64,000 nt of DNA from Camelus ferus (Eukaryota). The stretch is from assembly GCF_009834535.1 (NCBI RefSeq), contig NC_045697.1, forward strand, positions 46,068,001 to 46,132,000, read 5' to 3'. Below are positions 14,330-27,665 of the stretch, one piece after another. The position numbers and the translations under genes are program-made. Position 1 is the stretch's first letter, and the number at the start of each line of letters is the position of its first letter. The notes under the pieces are model-generated. The model did not search any database. It saw only the letters and a program-made list of their open reading frames with translations, and had not been told where the DNA came from.

Positions 14330-15505
14330 GTTTGTTTCTATAATTCAATATATGCATTCCTAAAAAAATCACTGCAATATGCAAAATTATGCAATAAAAA
14401 GAACAGGAGAAAATGAGGGGGTGAGAAATACAACACTCAAAACTTTATCAGTGACACATTAAAAAAGGATAGGAACCTAATAAAAATAATAGCACAGTTT
14501 ATACACATTAAATGGTTAAGAAATATGTAAATACTATAATAAATATGTCATTTTACCTTAAAAAAAAGTCTTACATTCGCTTATACTTAAGTTTCCAGTA
14601 TACTCTGTGAAATAGAAAAAGATCAGAAAGAGGGAGAGGAAGCAAATGAATAATACTTTTATCATAAAAGAGAGATAAAGAAAAAAAAACAGAACAGAGA
14701 GGAAAAAAACACCAAAAAGCCTGTGAGGAGAAAGTGGAGAATGAAAGAAGGGAGGGTGCTGGGCTGTGGGAAGGGGTGTGGCTTGTGAGTTACTGTCAAG
14801 TGCTTTGTACTCATCTGCCCAGGTTGCCATCACAAAAACCTACAGACTGGGTGGCTTAAACAACAGAAATTTATTCCCTCACAGTTCTGGAGGCTCGAAG
14901 TCCCAGACTGAGGTTCTAGCAGACTCAGTTTCTGGTAAGGGCTCTCCTCCTGGCCATCAGACCACTGGCTTCTCCGTGTCCTCACATGGCCTTTTTCCTC
15001 TGTGTGCAAGCCTGTGCATTGTTGGTGGGGGCGGAGTGGGAGGGAGAAAGAGAGAAGGCTCTCTGCTGCCTCTTTCTCTTCTTGCAAGGACACCTGTCCT
15101 ATCAGATTAGGGCCCCCCTCTTATAAACTTGTTTAACCTTAATTATCTCCTTAAAGGCCTGATCTTCAAATACATGGGAGTTAGAAATTCAACATATGAA
15201 TTTGGAGGGGGGGGACACAATTCAGTCCATAAAACGATTCAGGGAGGTGTTATCTAAATCGAGTGGAAAGTTGTAAAACCAGATGTGTACAGATGTGGTT
15301 CATTGGTTTCATGAGAAGTGTGCAGTATATATTTATTGTGCACATGTATGCAGTTTGGTTCATCTGAAATGCATAGTATTTCTCACCAATGAAATTGCAT
15401 ATAAGCAAACACAAATTCACATTTTGTTCAGATTGTTCCTTTACATATCAACTGAGTTGGAACTAATTAGCATTTTCAAAAGAAGCACTGTAACAAAAGT
15501 GACCA
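14330..15505 (-). mobile_element. Tigger-like (Tc1/mariner) DNA transposon relic interrupted by an MLT1 LTR
   Basis: Segments 14330-14560 and 15240-15505 resemble a Tigger8-type consensus as recalled; not verified by alignment. Confidence 0.45.
14806..15234 (-). mobile_element. Solo LTR, MLT1A-like (MaLR)
   Basis: cagactgggtggcttaaacaacagaaatttatt...cacagttctggaggct...ttcaacatatgaatttgg...acacaattcagtccata, typical MLT1A in reverse. Confidence 0.85.
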
Positions 15506-15509
15506 TACT

Positions 15510-16660
15510 CATTCGTTCAATCCATGAATAGTGGCTGCCTCTTATATTCCAGGCACAAGGCTCAGTGCCTGAGACTCTGCAATGAATAAACCAGACAGGG
15601 TGGCTTCCCTCAAGATGCCTACAGTCGAATTGGGGAAGACAGACTACTTACAGTTCCTTGGGGGAAATCAGTAGACACAGAATCACGTAAGATACTTGGG
15701 AGAGTGTAAAGTGCTCTAAGGAATAATAAGGAGGGGGTGAGATGGACTAACTTGGGAAGGAGGCTTCAAACAGAGCCATCGGGGAAGACATCTCGGAGGG
15801 GACAAAGCATGGCATTGCTGAAGACCTGGAGGAAAGGCATTTCAGGCCACTGTGGTTGGAGCAGAGGGAGGAGGCTGAAGGAGAGCAGATGTGATAGGAG
15901 AGTGAAAGAAGGGCTGGGTCCATTCTAGTGGGCTGGGGAGCTATTAAAGGTTCTGAGCAGGACAATGACAAGACAAGATTCAAGTTTTAGAAATCTTACT
16001 CTGACTTCTCTGACTTACTCTGACTTCTTATTGTGAGAAGAAGAGAGATGAGTTGGGAAGCCATAGCAACAGATGGAGTTGGAGACAAGGGTGGTCTGGA
16101 CTAAGGTATGGAGTTGAGAGAGATGGTAGGATTCAGGATTTATTTTGAAGGTTTAGGGAAAAGGAGGGATGGGCGGATTGCATGAGGGTTACGAGGGAAA
16201 GAGGAGGCACAAGAATGATTCCTAGATTTTTGGCTCAAGTCACTGAATATGTCATCATGCTGTTTATTAAACTGTGGAAGTCTGGAAGCTTAACCGGTTT
16301 GGGAACAAGAGTTGAGTTTTGGACATGCTAGGGTTGAAATTCCTGTTAGACATCCAAGTAGCAATGTAGAGTAGGCAGCTGATTGTGTGAACCTGGAGCT
16401 CTGGGAGAGGTTGAGGCTGGGGATTTTAATTTGGGAGTCAGCAGCATACAGATGGTATTTAAAGCAGAGGTGAGATCACACGGTGGGGAGCTTTGAGAGG
16501 GAGTAGAAAAGAGCCAAAAACTGAGCCCTGGGATCCCGGGAAGTTTAGAGGTCAGATGGAAGAGAAAGGAGCAGGCACTGAGCTAGCAGAAAGACAGGAG
16601 CAAGTGGCACTTGGGAAAATAACTAAAAAATGCGTTTAATGAAGGAGGGAGTGATCAACT
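15510..16660 (-). mobile_element. LINE-2 3' fragment
   Basis: Begins with antisense L2 tail; purine-rich body with gagttgagttttggacatg...gacatccaagt...aggcagctg...tttgggagtcagcagcatacagatggtatttaaagc. Confidence 0.8.
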
Positions 16661-17124
16661 TTTTTTAAAGAGAGCTTCAGAAATGTTGGTAAGTCACCAA
16701 TTGATTACATTCCTTGTATAACTTTAAGAAAACAGAGTCCATGTGTTTCTATATAACACGTACAAACGCACAGAACAACAGATAACATCTTGAGGGAAGA
16801 GTTGATGCCTAAAGATCACATTTTGGATAAATAATATTTTAAGGTTTGTATAGCTGCCAAAACTTCTGAATTTGGTGTTGCTTATGAGTATAAAGTTCTT
16901 TCTGCCCAGGAGAATGTTGAAATATGTCCCCCCAAATGTAGAAAGAGGAACTTCTAGATCTTCTTGTTCCTCTCTGAGTTTTCCTTTGCACTGCAAGCTA
17001 CTCCTTGGTTTTTACTGACCATAATAACTTTTCCTAGAGAATGGATTTCCTGGAAACCACCTGTGGCTGAAAGTAGCACACAGAAAGTTTATTGGGGAGT
17101 GCTCTTGAGAGTAACATCTACAAG

Positions 17125-17590
17125 TATGGTTACCAAATTTAGCAAATAAAAAGACAGGCTGCCCAATCTAAAAAAAAATATATATATACAAATTTTATTT
17201 ACAAACCAGAAATAGACTCACAGACATAGAAAACGAACTGTGCTTACCAGGGGAGAAAGGGCAGCGTTGGGGTGGGGCTGGGGGTGAATAGATAAACAAC
17301 AAGAACCTACTGTATAGTACAGGGAACTATATTCAGTTTCTTGTAATGATCTGTAATGGACAAGAATCTGGAATAAATAGAAATGTAGGTAGGTATGTGT
17401 ATAACTGACTCACTTTGAACACACCTGAAACTAACATTGTAAATCGACTACACTTCAAAAATAATAATAATAATAATAATTAAAAAAAAACCCAGCCCAA
17501 GCAATATTGAATATACTAATACTAAAACATTACTTGTTTTATATCTGGAATTTAAATTTAACTGGAATGTTGTATTTTATCTCTATCCTT
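17125..17590. mobile_element. MER53-like palindromic element split by an L1 insertion
   Basis: Left arm ggttaccaaatttagcaaataaaaagacaggctgccca (about 17128-17166); right arm ...atctggaatttaaatttaactgg...tgtattttatct (about 17495-17590). Confidence 0.65.
17190..17490 (+). mobile_element. 5'-truncated LINE-1 3' end
   Basis: ttatttacaaaccagaaatagactcacagacatagaaaac...gggaactatattca...aacattgtaaatcgacta plus (AAT)n/A tail. Confidence 0.85.
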
Positions 17591-20373
17591 ACCTGTAAGG
17601 AAATGTAGAAGGCAGGGTAGAGGGAGGTGACACTCTACATGGTTACAACAGGGACCTCAGCTGATCCTGGGGCACTTTGAAGCTAGCACAGTCCTCCATT
17701 TTTCTTGCAAACTGTGGCAAGTGGGCTGGGCCATTGAGTCTCTGAATCAGCCAGTCACTGACCTCGCGGTGCCCCTGGGCGTGAGTGTACCCTTGGCCAC
17801 AGCCTTGAGCAGCTGAGTTTCCAGCCTCTGAGGAATAAGTATCACAGCACCAAAGAGGGAATCTGCGTCCAGCACCACAGCATCCAAGGTCAAGTGCCAG
17901 CACTTCACTTCCTTTTAGGTGTTTTAGTTATATATCTAATAAGGTGAGGTAGCTAAATATGTTCTGAAAACCAAAAGTGTAGATTAAAACTAAAAAGTGC
18001 TGGTCAAATGCGAGGTGGTAGTAGTCATTAGAGTAGTCAAGTTTTAATGCTAATGTTATTGCCTGCTTGCCCCCGCCCCTCCATCGTAGCATGGCTGGGG
18101 CTTATTGGTTAAACTGTCCACCTTCCCTTCCCTTCCCTTCCCTTCTAGACTATAAGCTTCTTGAGGGAAGAAACCATGTCTCATCTATCTCCTTGTAGAC
18201 AATACTTTATCCTGTAGTAGGCATACAATAGGTACTCAACCAACGTCTGTGAAAAACGAAGAAGCGGGAGCTAAGTAAGCCCTCCAAATGATAGTTTAAG
18301 TCAGCCGGACCCACCCTCCATTAGGGTGAGGGGAAGCTGATTTCAGGCTTGAAAGTCAACGTGAGACTTCATTTTCATTTCCCCTCTTATTTTCTTCAAG
18401 GATACAAAACTGGCTCTACCCTCTCTGGCCTTTGAGTCTCTTTACTAGACAATGAGAACCTTGACCAAATCCTGAATCATTCAGCTTTTTAAATATTCAC
18501 TTAGTGCATGACTTTCGACACATGGCACATGACAGGTTTCAAAGAGTTAAGGATACGAGAACCCTTTCCCATTTGGGTGCCTGCCTTTGGGAAATTTTGA
18601 GAGTTTCCTTCCCAAACGGAAGATGGCATTCTACATCCCCTCAACAATGAGTCGTATGAGAAGCCTCTACTTCTCTCTACAACCTCACCTCTTATGAATG
18701 CTTCCTTCTATTAACCCTTGAGTGAGTCACGCTGATGCAGGCTGATAACCCTCTGGTGGATATGCTTCTCCCAGAATAAGTGTTGACATGAAGTCTCCAG
18801 ATCCCCTACAGCCAGACCAGTGATCCGAAATTTTAACCACATTGGATCCTGCCTGCACATCCTGCCTCTGGCTCCACACCCACCTTTCCGCCCACAGTGT
18901 GAAGCTGTGACCGACTGCAGAGGCAGACACTTGCAGGGTGGTCCTCTGAGCACACCCTGGGGGCGAGAGACATGAAATATTTATTGACTGCAGGCCAACG
19001 TTACAGGAACGCTAGCTGAAAGCACTGCAAGGGTGCCTCTGTAACACTCAAGGTAGACACGACAACATTTGCCAGCCCCCTCAAATGTCCTGGGGGAGGT
19101 TCGTTTGCGCTAAGCCTAGCAGCCCCCAAAGCAGCAGTTGTTCTCAAAGGGAGTCTGATACAATCCTTTGTTTAAGACCAAAAGTGGGAGGTAGAGTTTT
19201 TTTTTAAGTGCTAGATTGTTAATTTTCCAGCTTCCCGCAAACAGGTTGAAAAGAGCTGAAAGGTTAGGCAAGATTCAGGGCTATATTCAATTTTGATTTT
19301 TTAGCCTACACACTTGTTTCTATCCTGTAGACACCTTTATCATGGGAAACAAATCAGACTCTGGGAAGAAGAAAAACACCAGTTTCTCCCATTTTTAAGC
19401 AATACTGAAATTAGACATCCATTGATCTCCTATCCTAGCTATCAGATCAACGTTATAACAAATAGAATTGGAGATCTCCCTAGAAAAGCGTACATCACAT
19501 TTTCACATGCTCTATTGGGCTCCTAATTATTTTTCAATGAGTATAGGATAATCTTGCATCTTTGTCAATAACCGATGGAAAACACGCTAAAAATTTCCAA
19601 AGGGAGTGCCAAAGGAGTGTCTGAAGTTCTTTCAAAGCTATAATGTAACCCACAGCTTAAGCTTTTGGGTCTCCTGTGGTAAGTAGTAACCTAACATATT
19701 AAATTCCTTTGGCAAGAATAACTGTCATTTTTGAATGACACTAACTGTGAACTGGATGGAACACTCAAAAGAATTAATCCACTGCCCTGATAATATATGC
19801 AAGAGTGTAAGTTTCCCCTGAAACAGGTGCTATGTTTAATTCTATCCCCAAGACCGCAGCACAGTGCCAGTATCTTTTAAGGAGTTAAATAACCATTGAA
19901 TTTCCATTAGAAATTCATTAGCGATTTCTGCCATAAATGATTAGCAACCAAGAAATCATTATTCCCTTAGTTTGAGTAAGTTCCTTTGGACTTTGCTGGA
20001 CCGAGTTAATTTCTCATCATTAAACATTAAACTCACTTGACTAGCAGAGAGAGCTTGTGGTTTGTGCTCTGCACCAGCACACTGGGCTGTCTTTTTCTCA
20101 TTTGATCTCTTGCTCTCCAGACTGTAGAAGCTGAGAATCTCAGGCAACCTGATTTCTAAGGTGAAAACAAACTCTCACTCAGAACCAACCCAGTTTTATT
20201 TCTGAGTGATATAACAAATGGGGCAACATAAATGGGCATGGCTTTCCCTCCTAAGCATTATTTACAGGAACTGCAGGTCTCAGAGATTTAGAGTAGTCAT
20301 TGCCGTGACTGTTAGTCTTTCATTACCTAAACAGAAAACATGTTTTCACCCCTTCGTAATGCACCTTGTATGC

Positions 20374-20410
20374 AAAAAAAAAAAAAAAAAAAAAGAGAGA
20401 GAGAGAGAGA
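20374..20410. repeat. Poly(A) plus (GA)n microsatellite
   Basis: Direct reading. Confidence 0.9.
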
Positions 20411-21879
20411 ATAGGCAAGGAACATACAACTTTTTGCTGCTTTTTGCTTCTAGATTTTAAACTCTTTCTGCCCTGTTAGGATGGTGGTTGTGTGGGAGGT
20501 TTGTGTTTCGTCTTCCAATACATTTAATACTCCAGTATAGTTACACTTGATCTCAGGGGCACTTTATGGAGAAGAATGCAGCACAACTAGCAAACTTCAA
20601 AAAATGTAAAGCTGTAACCTGTGTCAAAGCATGGAAACAAGTTATGGAATGCACACATCCCACAAAGAGAGCCTGGTGGTGAAACGAAGCAAGGTTGTTG
20701 AAGCAGAGCTGTAATTGCACCCCAGAGAGTAAAAGACACTGTGTTGCCTCCTCAGCAGAAATTCACCTCCCTGGATGAAAATCTGATAAATCTTCCAGTT
20801 TCCCACAGAGGGAGTGACAGAGAATTTAATGAGAAACACATTGGCACCGGACCTGTCACTGTGTGATTATGCATTCTCTAATCTCTCTGTAGGCGACAGA
20901 AAAAGGCGATCTTCTTGGAGATAGTTTATCTGAGAAAAGGGGGAAAAAGCACATCTAGAAACAAATTACCGAAAAGTAATGTCTTCACCCTCCCACTGAT
21001 ACCTACTGATGCCCCACCGGACTGCTTGTTTGGCCTGCAAATAGCAAAGTCATCGGGATTTGCACAGTAACCTATTTTTATGATTGCCAATTAAATTGAA
21101 GTTTCATACGATGACTGATTTATTGATACTTAAATGCAGCTTGCAAGGGCCTGACAGTTTTAGTCTGGACTTGGGATCTGTGTTTGAGAAGTCCAAGGAC
21201 AGTGAGTGCAGCAGCCAGAGTTCTTACTCTTGTTGTTGGAGCCATTTCACATCTTACATGAAATTATTTTTTTTTTCCTCATGAAATTCTCTTAACCATC
21301 ACCGTCATCTTCATCAAATAAATCTTATCCAGCACTTACATCCATCCTATAAGCATTTCTGAGCACTTGACATATTCCAGGAACCTACAAATATAATTAT
21401 ATAGGCAGTACTTTGAATAAGTAGAATGTCCAATAACCTCCACAAAGTGTTTAAGTCAAAGGAACACATTATTCAAAATTGCTATCAGCTAAGAGCATTT
21501 CTTAAGTTCCTTTTATTAGGCTGCACTTGCATTAGACAACGTGCAAGGAGAGAGCAGCTATATTCCCTGCAGAAGTTCAAAATCTGAGAATACGCTGGTG
21601 TTAACCTCAAGGAACATACTGAATAAGTATCAAGCCAAATAAAAACGTATTTCACCAACTGAGTGCCTTGAGCTCGCCAGCAGGGTCTCAGAAAATACTG
21701 ACACAGTGGAATAGTAAGGGAATGGTGATGGAAAGTTATGTCATGAGCTATACATATTTGAAGGATGGTGTCAACAAGATTACTCATATTTCTTCATGAA
21801 TTTCTAGAAGGCTTCATGGAGAAAGTGGGATTTTAGTCAAAACAGAGTTGTTCAAAAATTACATGTGTAATTAAGGTCT

Positions 21880-24800
21880 TAGAACTATTTATTATCAACA
21901 ATGATACTACCCTGACCAATCCTATCTGGGTTAATTCAGATTTGCAAAGCCCCTTATGAAAAGATAAGCCCAGAATTGATCCCCGTTTTTTAAATCTCTT
22001 CACAGATCATTTTTTTCTTAATCTAAGACAAGTCTTTAAAAAATATCTGTTTATTACTGTTTTGACAATTTTTTTCATGTGGTTGTCTAGTTTCATCTGG
22101 ATATAGATTTTTAGTTTTACCTGAAGAGGAACCATGCCCTCTTTTTGGTACTTCTACATTTGAAGATTCATGCAATTATTGATGATGAAGCTGGAAATAA
22201 TGTCAGAGATCATATAGCGGAACGAAGCCCAGAGAGTGACTTGTGATAATTATACGGCAGTCAGGACAAAAGCCAATTGAATAAAATAAAAAGTATGTAA
22301 GACCTCTTGATTCTAACCTAGTATTTTTATGACATAAAATCATTTAAATAGCAATGGATGAATTGTAGTTCAATATTCTGATGGTATGTGTGGACACTGT
22401 ATGTGATTCTTAGGTATAAAAATGCCTCCCCTGACTCAGGCCGAGTTCTCGTCCTTTCTCTCCCAGGAAGTAAGATTGAGGAAGTAACACTTTTCTTGCA
22501 CAATGCCTAATCATAGGATAATCTTATTTCAAAAACTGACTATTACAATTAAACTGACTTCCAAAAGAAAAATAAAGGGGTCATGTTCATTTACCCAAAA
22601 ACTTCTTTCAAAATTTGTAAAAAGATGGTTGGCTTAAAAATAGATTTTACATGATCAAAATTTAGATGTAGCAATGAAATAAATTTTAACGAAGGTATAG
22701 AATTCCTTGGACAAGTTATTTTTGTTTACTTCCCATCACAGCAATGTCTACAATACTGTTTCTTATTTTAAAAATTAACTGTACAAGAAATTTTCTGCAG
22801 CTGTAAAAAATGGTGCCAGAATTCAAGTTTTCAGGTAGTGCAATATTCTCATTTCCTTTTGAAAAATGTCAGAAGTCATGGCTTAGTCCTCTCTCTTTTG
22901 GAAGGGTAAAAATGTTCAGTTTCTTACTTCAATATCAACTTTATAGAAAATTTGCCTACCAGATTTATAGTGTTTTATTTTCAGGTACAAGAAATAAAAG
23001 CATCTAAGAAGATATAATTGTTAAATTTGGAAATTTTGTCAGTGTCCTTTATAACTGTCACACAGTTTTGAACAGCTGAGTCACCATAACTCAGCTAAAA
23101 GAACTAAGTTAATTTATATATACCCACATTCTCAAATTAGTTTCTTTAGAAGGAAGTAATGGTATATTTTGTGAAATAGAAACCACAGTGTTATCACATC
23201 TTATTGAAAACCTCTATCTCTGCTGATGTTCCAAATAAAGAATATCTTAAATTAAATTGAACATAATATAATTAATAAAACTGAAATGTTAGTCTGAAGG
23301 TGTTTGTCATCTCTCTTCTAGGCAAATGAGGTTTCTAAATTGTAAGGTAAAATTTGTTGACATTTTTAGGTGAACACAATCACAATTAAATAACTTTATT
23401 TAATGTCAGATAAATCTAATCACTTAAAAAATCACCAAAAACTACATAAGCAAAGATCTCCTTAAAAGGTGCTAAATATTAGTGAGGATTATATTTATAC
23501 TCTACATGAAGTTTTTTCTACATGAGTTTTTCCAATTAATTAATTTAGGTAACTTTATGCTTCGGTGAGCTTTAATTAAATGTAATTGTGTATGGCCAGT
23601 AAACTCAAGATAAGTGTAATTTAAAGTTGCTTTTTTTTAAACTTTAGCTTGGCTTTAAATTTTGAAATTAATGAGTCCTGATTTGCATAATGTATATTTG
23701 GTAGCTATTCTACTTTAACCTTCATATGCTAATCAAATCAAAGAGTACAGATAAGGTGTTATTTTTTAGTTTAACATAAACTACCAGCAACATTTGCCTA
23801 ATACAATATATGCACTAATTTAATTTGCTGTTAATCATCATTAATGTCGTTAATGTCCTTGTCCATTTAGGAACACATGTCTACCATTCTCCTGTCCTGC
23901 AATTTTATTTTTCACATGTACTATGAACTTGATACACAGTGCATAATTCTTAACACTATATTAGAATAAACTAGAGGATTATTTTTAGCTTTATACCATG
24001 TATATAAGGTGATATGCCAATTGGATAAGAATTGGACATACCTTGGTTTGCAAAATTTCATTGTTTCATTTAATCCAGGAGGTTTTTAATGTATAAATTA
24101 ATTACGACTTTTGTAGCATTTTATTTTTTTTTTTAAAAATCATGCGTTAAATCCAAATGTTTAACCAGATTATTAGTTTTACAATAAGACACAGAGTATG
24201 TGTGTGATGTTTTAGTTGACGGATGGATTTTATATATTATATATAATATATATGTGTATAATTTGTTTCCATTAAAACAAAGCTATCTGCCTAAGTGGTA
24301 GTAACTTGAATTTTGTTGAGTTTCCACGTTGCGTTTGTGCACCAAAATAAACCATACTTTGCTCAAAAAATAAGTTTAGCAAATTCCTTATAAGAAATAC
24401 GCTTAAATGCAAACCATAAACTTTCTGTGAACTCTTTTGCTCTTCCTATGAGACATTCTTTTAAACATTAGCTCTACCTTTCCTATTGCCTCATTTCTGA
24501 AGATAAATACTTATATTTCATAGAATTCCATAAAAATGACTACCCAAGAAAGTAAATTGTGTAAATTCTCTTAAACTAAATTGTCTGTGATTTATGCCCA
24601 ACATTCAGTATTTGGGTTGGCAGTTAAGTGCCATTTTCAATGCATCAAATTCCCAAATTAAGTTTCCCGTATCACATGGCCAACTTTTTAAAAACATACA
24701 TCAGAAAGTTTCCTTACAAAGGGGCAGATCTATTCACTGGGATGGTTATGTTTAGGATAGAAAACTCAAAGGGTGTTTGACTGAGTAATAGGAGTACTTT

Positions 24801-25922
24801 GACAATGGGACTTGACGTGGAAAACTGTTATTCCACTAAGTGGGTTGCTCCCTGTGGATCTATACAGTGGGGAGAGCAGAGGGTCATGGAAGAGGTATTT
24901 TAAGCACTCTGGTTTCATAGTGTATGCTTGAGGGACAGAATAAAATGTATTCATCCAGCTGTTAAAGAATGAGGGCAGGGGTAGATAAAAGGACAAGTGA
25001 AGGCAAGGCGGAATTAGTACCAGTAAATGCTGTGAACTCAGTGTGCTTGTACCTCTAATCCTTTCCTTATCTACAGCTTTCAATTCTACCAAAAAAAGTC
25101 CTTATATTTTTTCCTTACTTCTAACCCATTAAAGTCCAAGCACCAAAGAGATAGAATTCCATATACGATCATGAATTTACACACACACACACATACACAC
25201 AAACACACACACACACACACACACACATACACCCAGGCTGAGCCTTTGGTGCTATTGAAGAGAATTTAAACATTTTAAGATGTAAAACTAAACTTACATG
25301 ATCTGAGGTATGGTAAAAATAATAATAATAATAAAAATTAAAAGTGCAATGAATAAGAAAAATGAAAGGGAAATCCACTTGTTACAAATGGGCTATAAAC
25401 ACATTTATAATTCATAAACTGTATTCAAATGGTTGTTTTATGTCTTATTAATTAAAATAATAAAAGTAAGAAAATATGCTCAATGCAGAGGTATGTTTTT
25501 TTAAAAAAACAAAAAACAAAAGTTAATAAAATATTTTTATCTGCATCAAAATATTCTTTGGAAACCAAAAATAAAAAATGTACCATGTATGTTTTTTCAG
25601 GTTGACCTGTAAAAGTCAGAAAAGTACATAGTTCCCATCATTTAACTTTCTGGAACCAGAGTACCAGGACGCGTCAAGCATAAAGCAAAAGGCTTTATGT
25701 GGCACTGAATTGAAGCAGTGCGCTCTTCATGTTGGTACAAAGAATTCCAGTTCAGTTCCTATCAGAAAACGTTTTTGTTTCAGTCAGACTGAAACAAATG
25801 ACCTGGCTTCGATGCAGTGTAGTAGAGCTGAAGCTGTGTCCGAAACTCTGTCTTCAGGGCACTAAAAACATCTAGGGAAACTCTTGAGGGAACTGCGCGG
25901 TTCCTCACGGCCAAGATGAGAA
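21880..25922 (-). other. FGF5: Probable long AU-rich FGF5 3' UTR (end not determined)
   Basis: AT-rich and largely repeat-poor after the stop. Candidate AATAAA on minus at 24120-24125, 23904-23909, 23395-23400, 22974-22979, 22050-22055, 21888-21893. Confidence 0.5.
25179..25232. repeat. Interrupted (CA)n microsatellite in the FGF5 3' UTR ((UG)n in mRNA)
   Basis: Direct reading. Confidence 0.95.
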
Positions 25923-26270
25923 TTATCCAAAGCGAAACTTGAGTCTGTACTTCACCGGGCTGGGGCTTCTCCGAGATGTGGAAAGGGGGACCTTTGGCTT
26001 GATGGGGTTAGGTGGCTTTTTCTTTTCAGGAACAGTAACTGTGAAAGAAAGTTCCGGCTGCTCCGATTGCTTAAATCTTGGCAGAAAGTGAGTGGAGATG
26101 TGCTGGGGTTTAACCCGGGGGCTGCAGCCCCGTTTAGCTTTCCCCCTCTTGTTCAGGGCCACGTACCACTCCCGCCCTGTGTTCTCAGTTCTGTGTATCG
26201 CTGAGGCATAGGTGTTATAGCTGTTCTCTTGAAATCGCTCCCTGAACTTGCAGTCATCTGTAAATCTGGC
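25923..26270 (-). CDS. FGF5: FGF5 coding exon 3 (348 nt to TAA)
   Basis: Polypyrimidine tract plus ctag acceptor, then [66 protein letters not shown]...KYRLKFRFG*. Spliced CDS is 813 nt. Confidence 0.99.
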   Translation of the reverse strand, partial: ARFTDDCKFRERFQENSYNTYASAIHRTENTGREWYVALNKRGKAKRGCSPRVKPQHISTHFLPRFKQSEQPELSFTVTVPEKKKPPNPIKPKVPLSTSRRSPSPVKYRLKFRFG

Positions 26271-26919
26271 CTAGGGAAAAAAGGGAGAAGAAGAAATTCA
26301 AGTAGTGAGAGTATTTTCAGCATGTGATAAAATGAGGTCTTGTACTGCAAAGAAAAACCAGGAATTCCATGGACCCTTGCCCTCCTATGGCATTCTCTTT
26401 TATAAAGACACATTTTTGATGCTTTAAAATGACTATGGTTCCCATATTCCTACTTTATTCACCTTTGTAATGCTGATTTCTGCTTACTATGTACAATCAT
26501 GACATAGTTATCAGTGAATATAAAAATGATAAGAACTCTTCATATACTTAAATTCTGTTTCTCTTTAAATTACTTTGGAAGTTTTAGTTAAAAATTTAAT
26601 GTTTAATGTAAAATCTGGCCCCTCTTAAGCCATCAAGAAAATAAATACTGCTGTGTTACTAAGCAACAATTGCTGGGTGAAATACACATTCATTCAGAGA
26701 AATGGAGTCACATTATGCTTTGAAACAAGAATACATTTTTCATTGTTACCAGTGTGATTCATGGTGCTGAGAGAGGGGTAGCATATGGCCCTATTTAAAG
26801 TTGCGTATGTTAGAGATCTTCAGGAAAACATGTATTTTCACACAGTGACGCAGGAGAGTGTGTGTGATGCCAGGAAGAGAACAGTTACCTTTTGGAGTCA
26901 CTTGTAACACTTCAGCCAG

Positions 26920-26941
26920 ATCTCTCTCTCATTCTCTCTCT

Positions 26942-26983
<42 letters not shown>
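26920..26983. repeat. Compound (CT)n(CA)n microsatellite, intron 2
   Basis: Direct reading. Confidence 0.95.
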
Positions 26984-26985
<2 letters not shown>

Positions 26986-27588
26986 CATCTGTCTTGGAAA
27001 TACTCACAGAAGAATGGAAAAAGCAGAGAAGTACACATCCGTCACGGTGCAGCTTGATAAGCGGCATTATGACAGCGGTGTGCAGAGGGTGCAAGGAGAG
27101 CATAGAGGAAGGGCATCTAAGAGGATGGAGGTGGTGGGAAGAGGGCAGGAGAGTCTTCCTAGAAAAGGTGATGTTTGAGCTGAGTCTTCAAGTACACCGG
27201 GATATTAGTGAGGCAGGTGACGTGAGAAAGGATTTTCAGGGAGCAGGAACAGTGTGTTCCCAGGGCAGTATACGTACTTCAGTGGGACTTCCAATCAGGA
27301 TGCGTGGAGAAAGAACAAGAGATGAGGATGACAAAGTTGTCCAGTACAAGCTCTGTAAAGGCTTATTTTGTCGTATGGAAGAAACTGAACAAGCATGGTC
27401 TGGGCAGAAAGCGTGAGTCGGTGTCAGATAGACACGCGATCAAATGCCAGTTCTCTCAATTCAGTTCTTAGGTTTAGGCTCCTTGTCCACAATCCTTACA
27501 CCCATAGGGCTTTTGTGAGAATCAAAATATTTTTCTTAGGAAAGGATCTGGAGTTTTCATCAAATACAAAAGGGTCACAGGGGCCATA

Positions 27589-27665
27589 GGGAGTGGGTAT
27601 AGCTCAGTGGTAGAGCGCATACTTGAGCTCCTGGGTTCGATCCCCAGTGTCTCCATTAAAAAATA
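27589..27665 (+). mobile_element. tRNA-derived SINE, Vic-1-like, internally shortened
   Basis: Pol III A box TAGCTCAGTGG and B box GGTTCGATCCC followed by an A-rich tail; middle is shorter than in the copies at 6619 and 51053. Confidence 0.8.

Noticed and set aside
26153..26413. Apparent frameshift in exon 3 suggested by two overlapping ORF-track entries
   Set aside because: Manual translation from the acceptor at 26270 is open to the TAA at 25923; the track only reflects its start-codon choice.
26858..27416. 174-aa and 106-aa ORFs with HTHT runs
   Set aside because: Translation of a (CA)n microsatellite plus purine-rich repeat-like sequence.
27589..27665. Possible tRNA gene (A and B boxes)
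   Set aside because: Anticodon region is shortened, it has an A-rich tail, and diverged sister copies have TSDs; it is a SINE.
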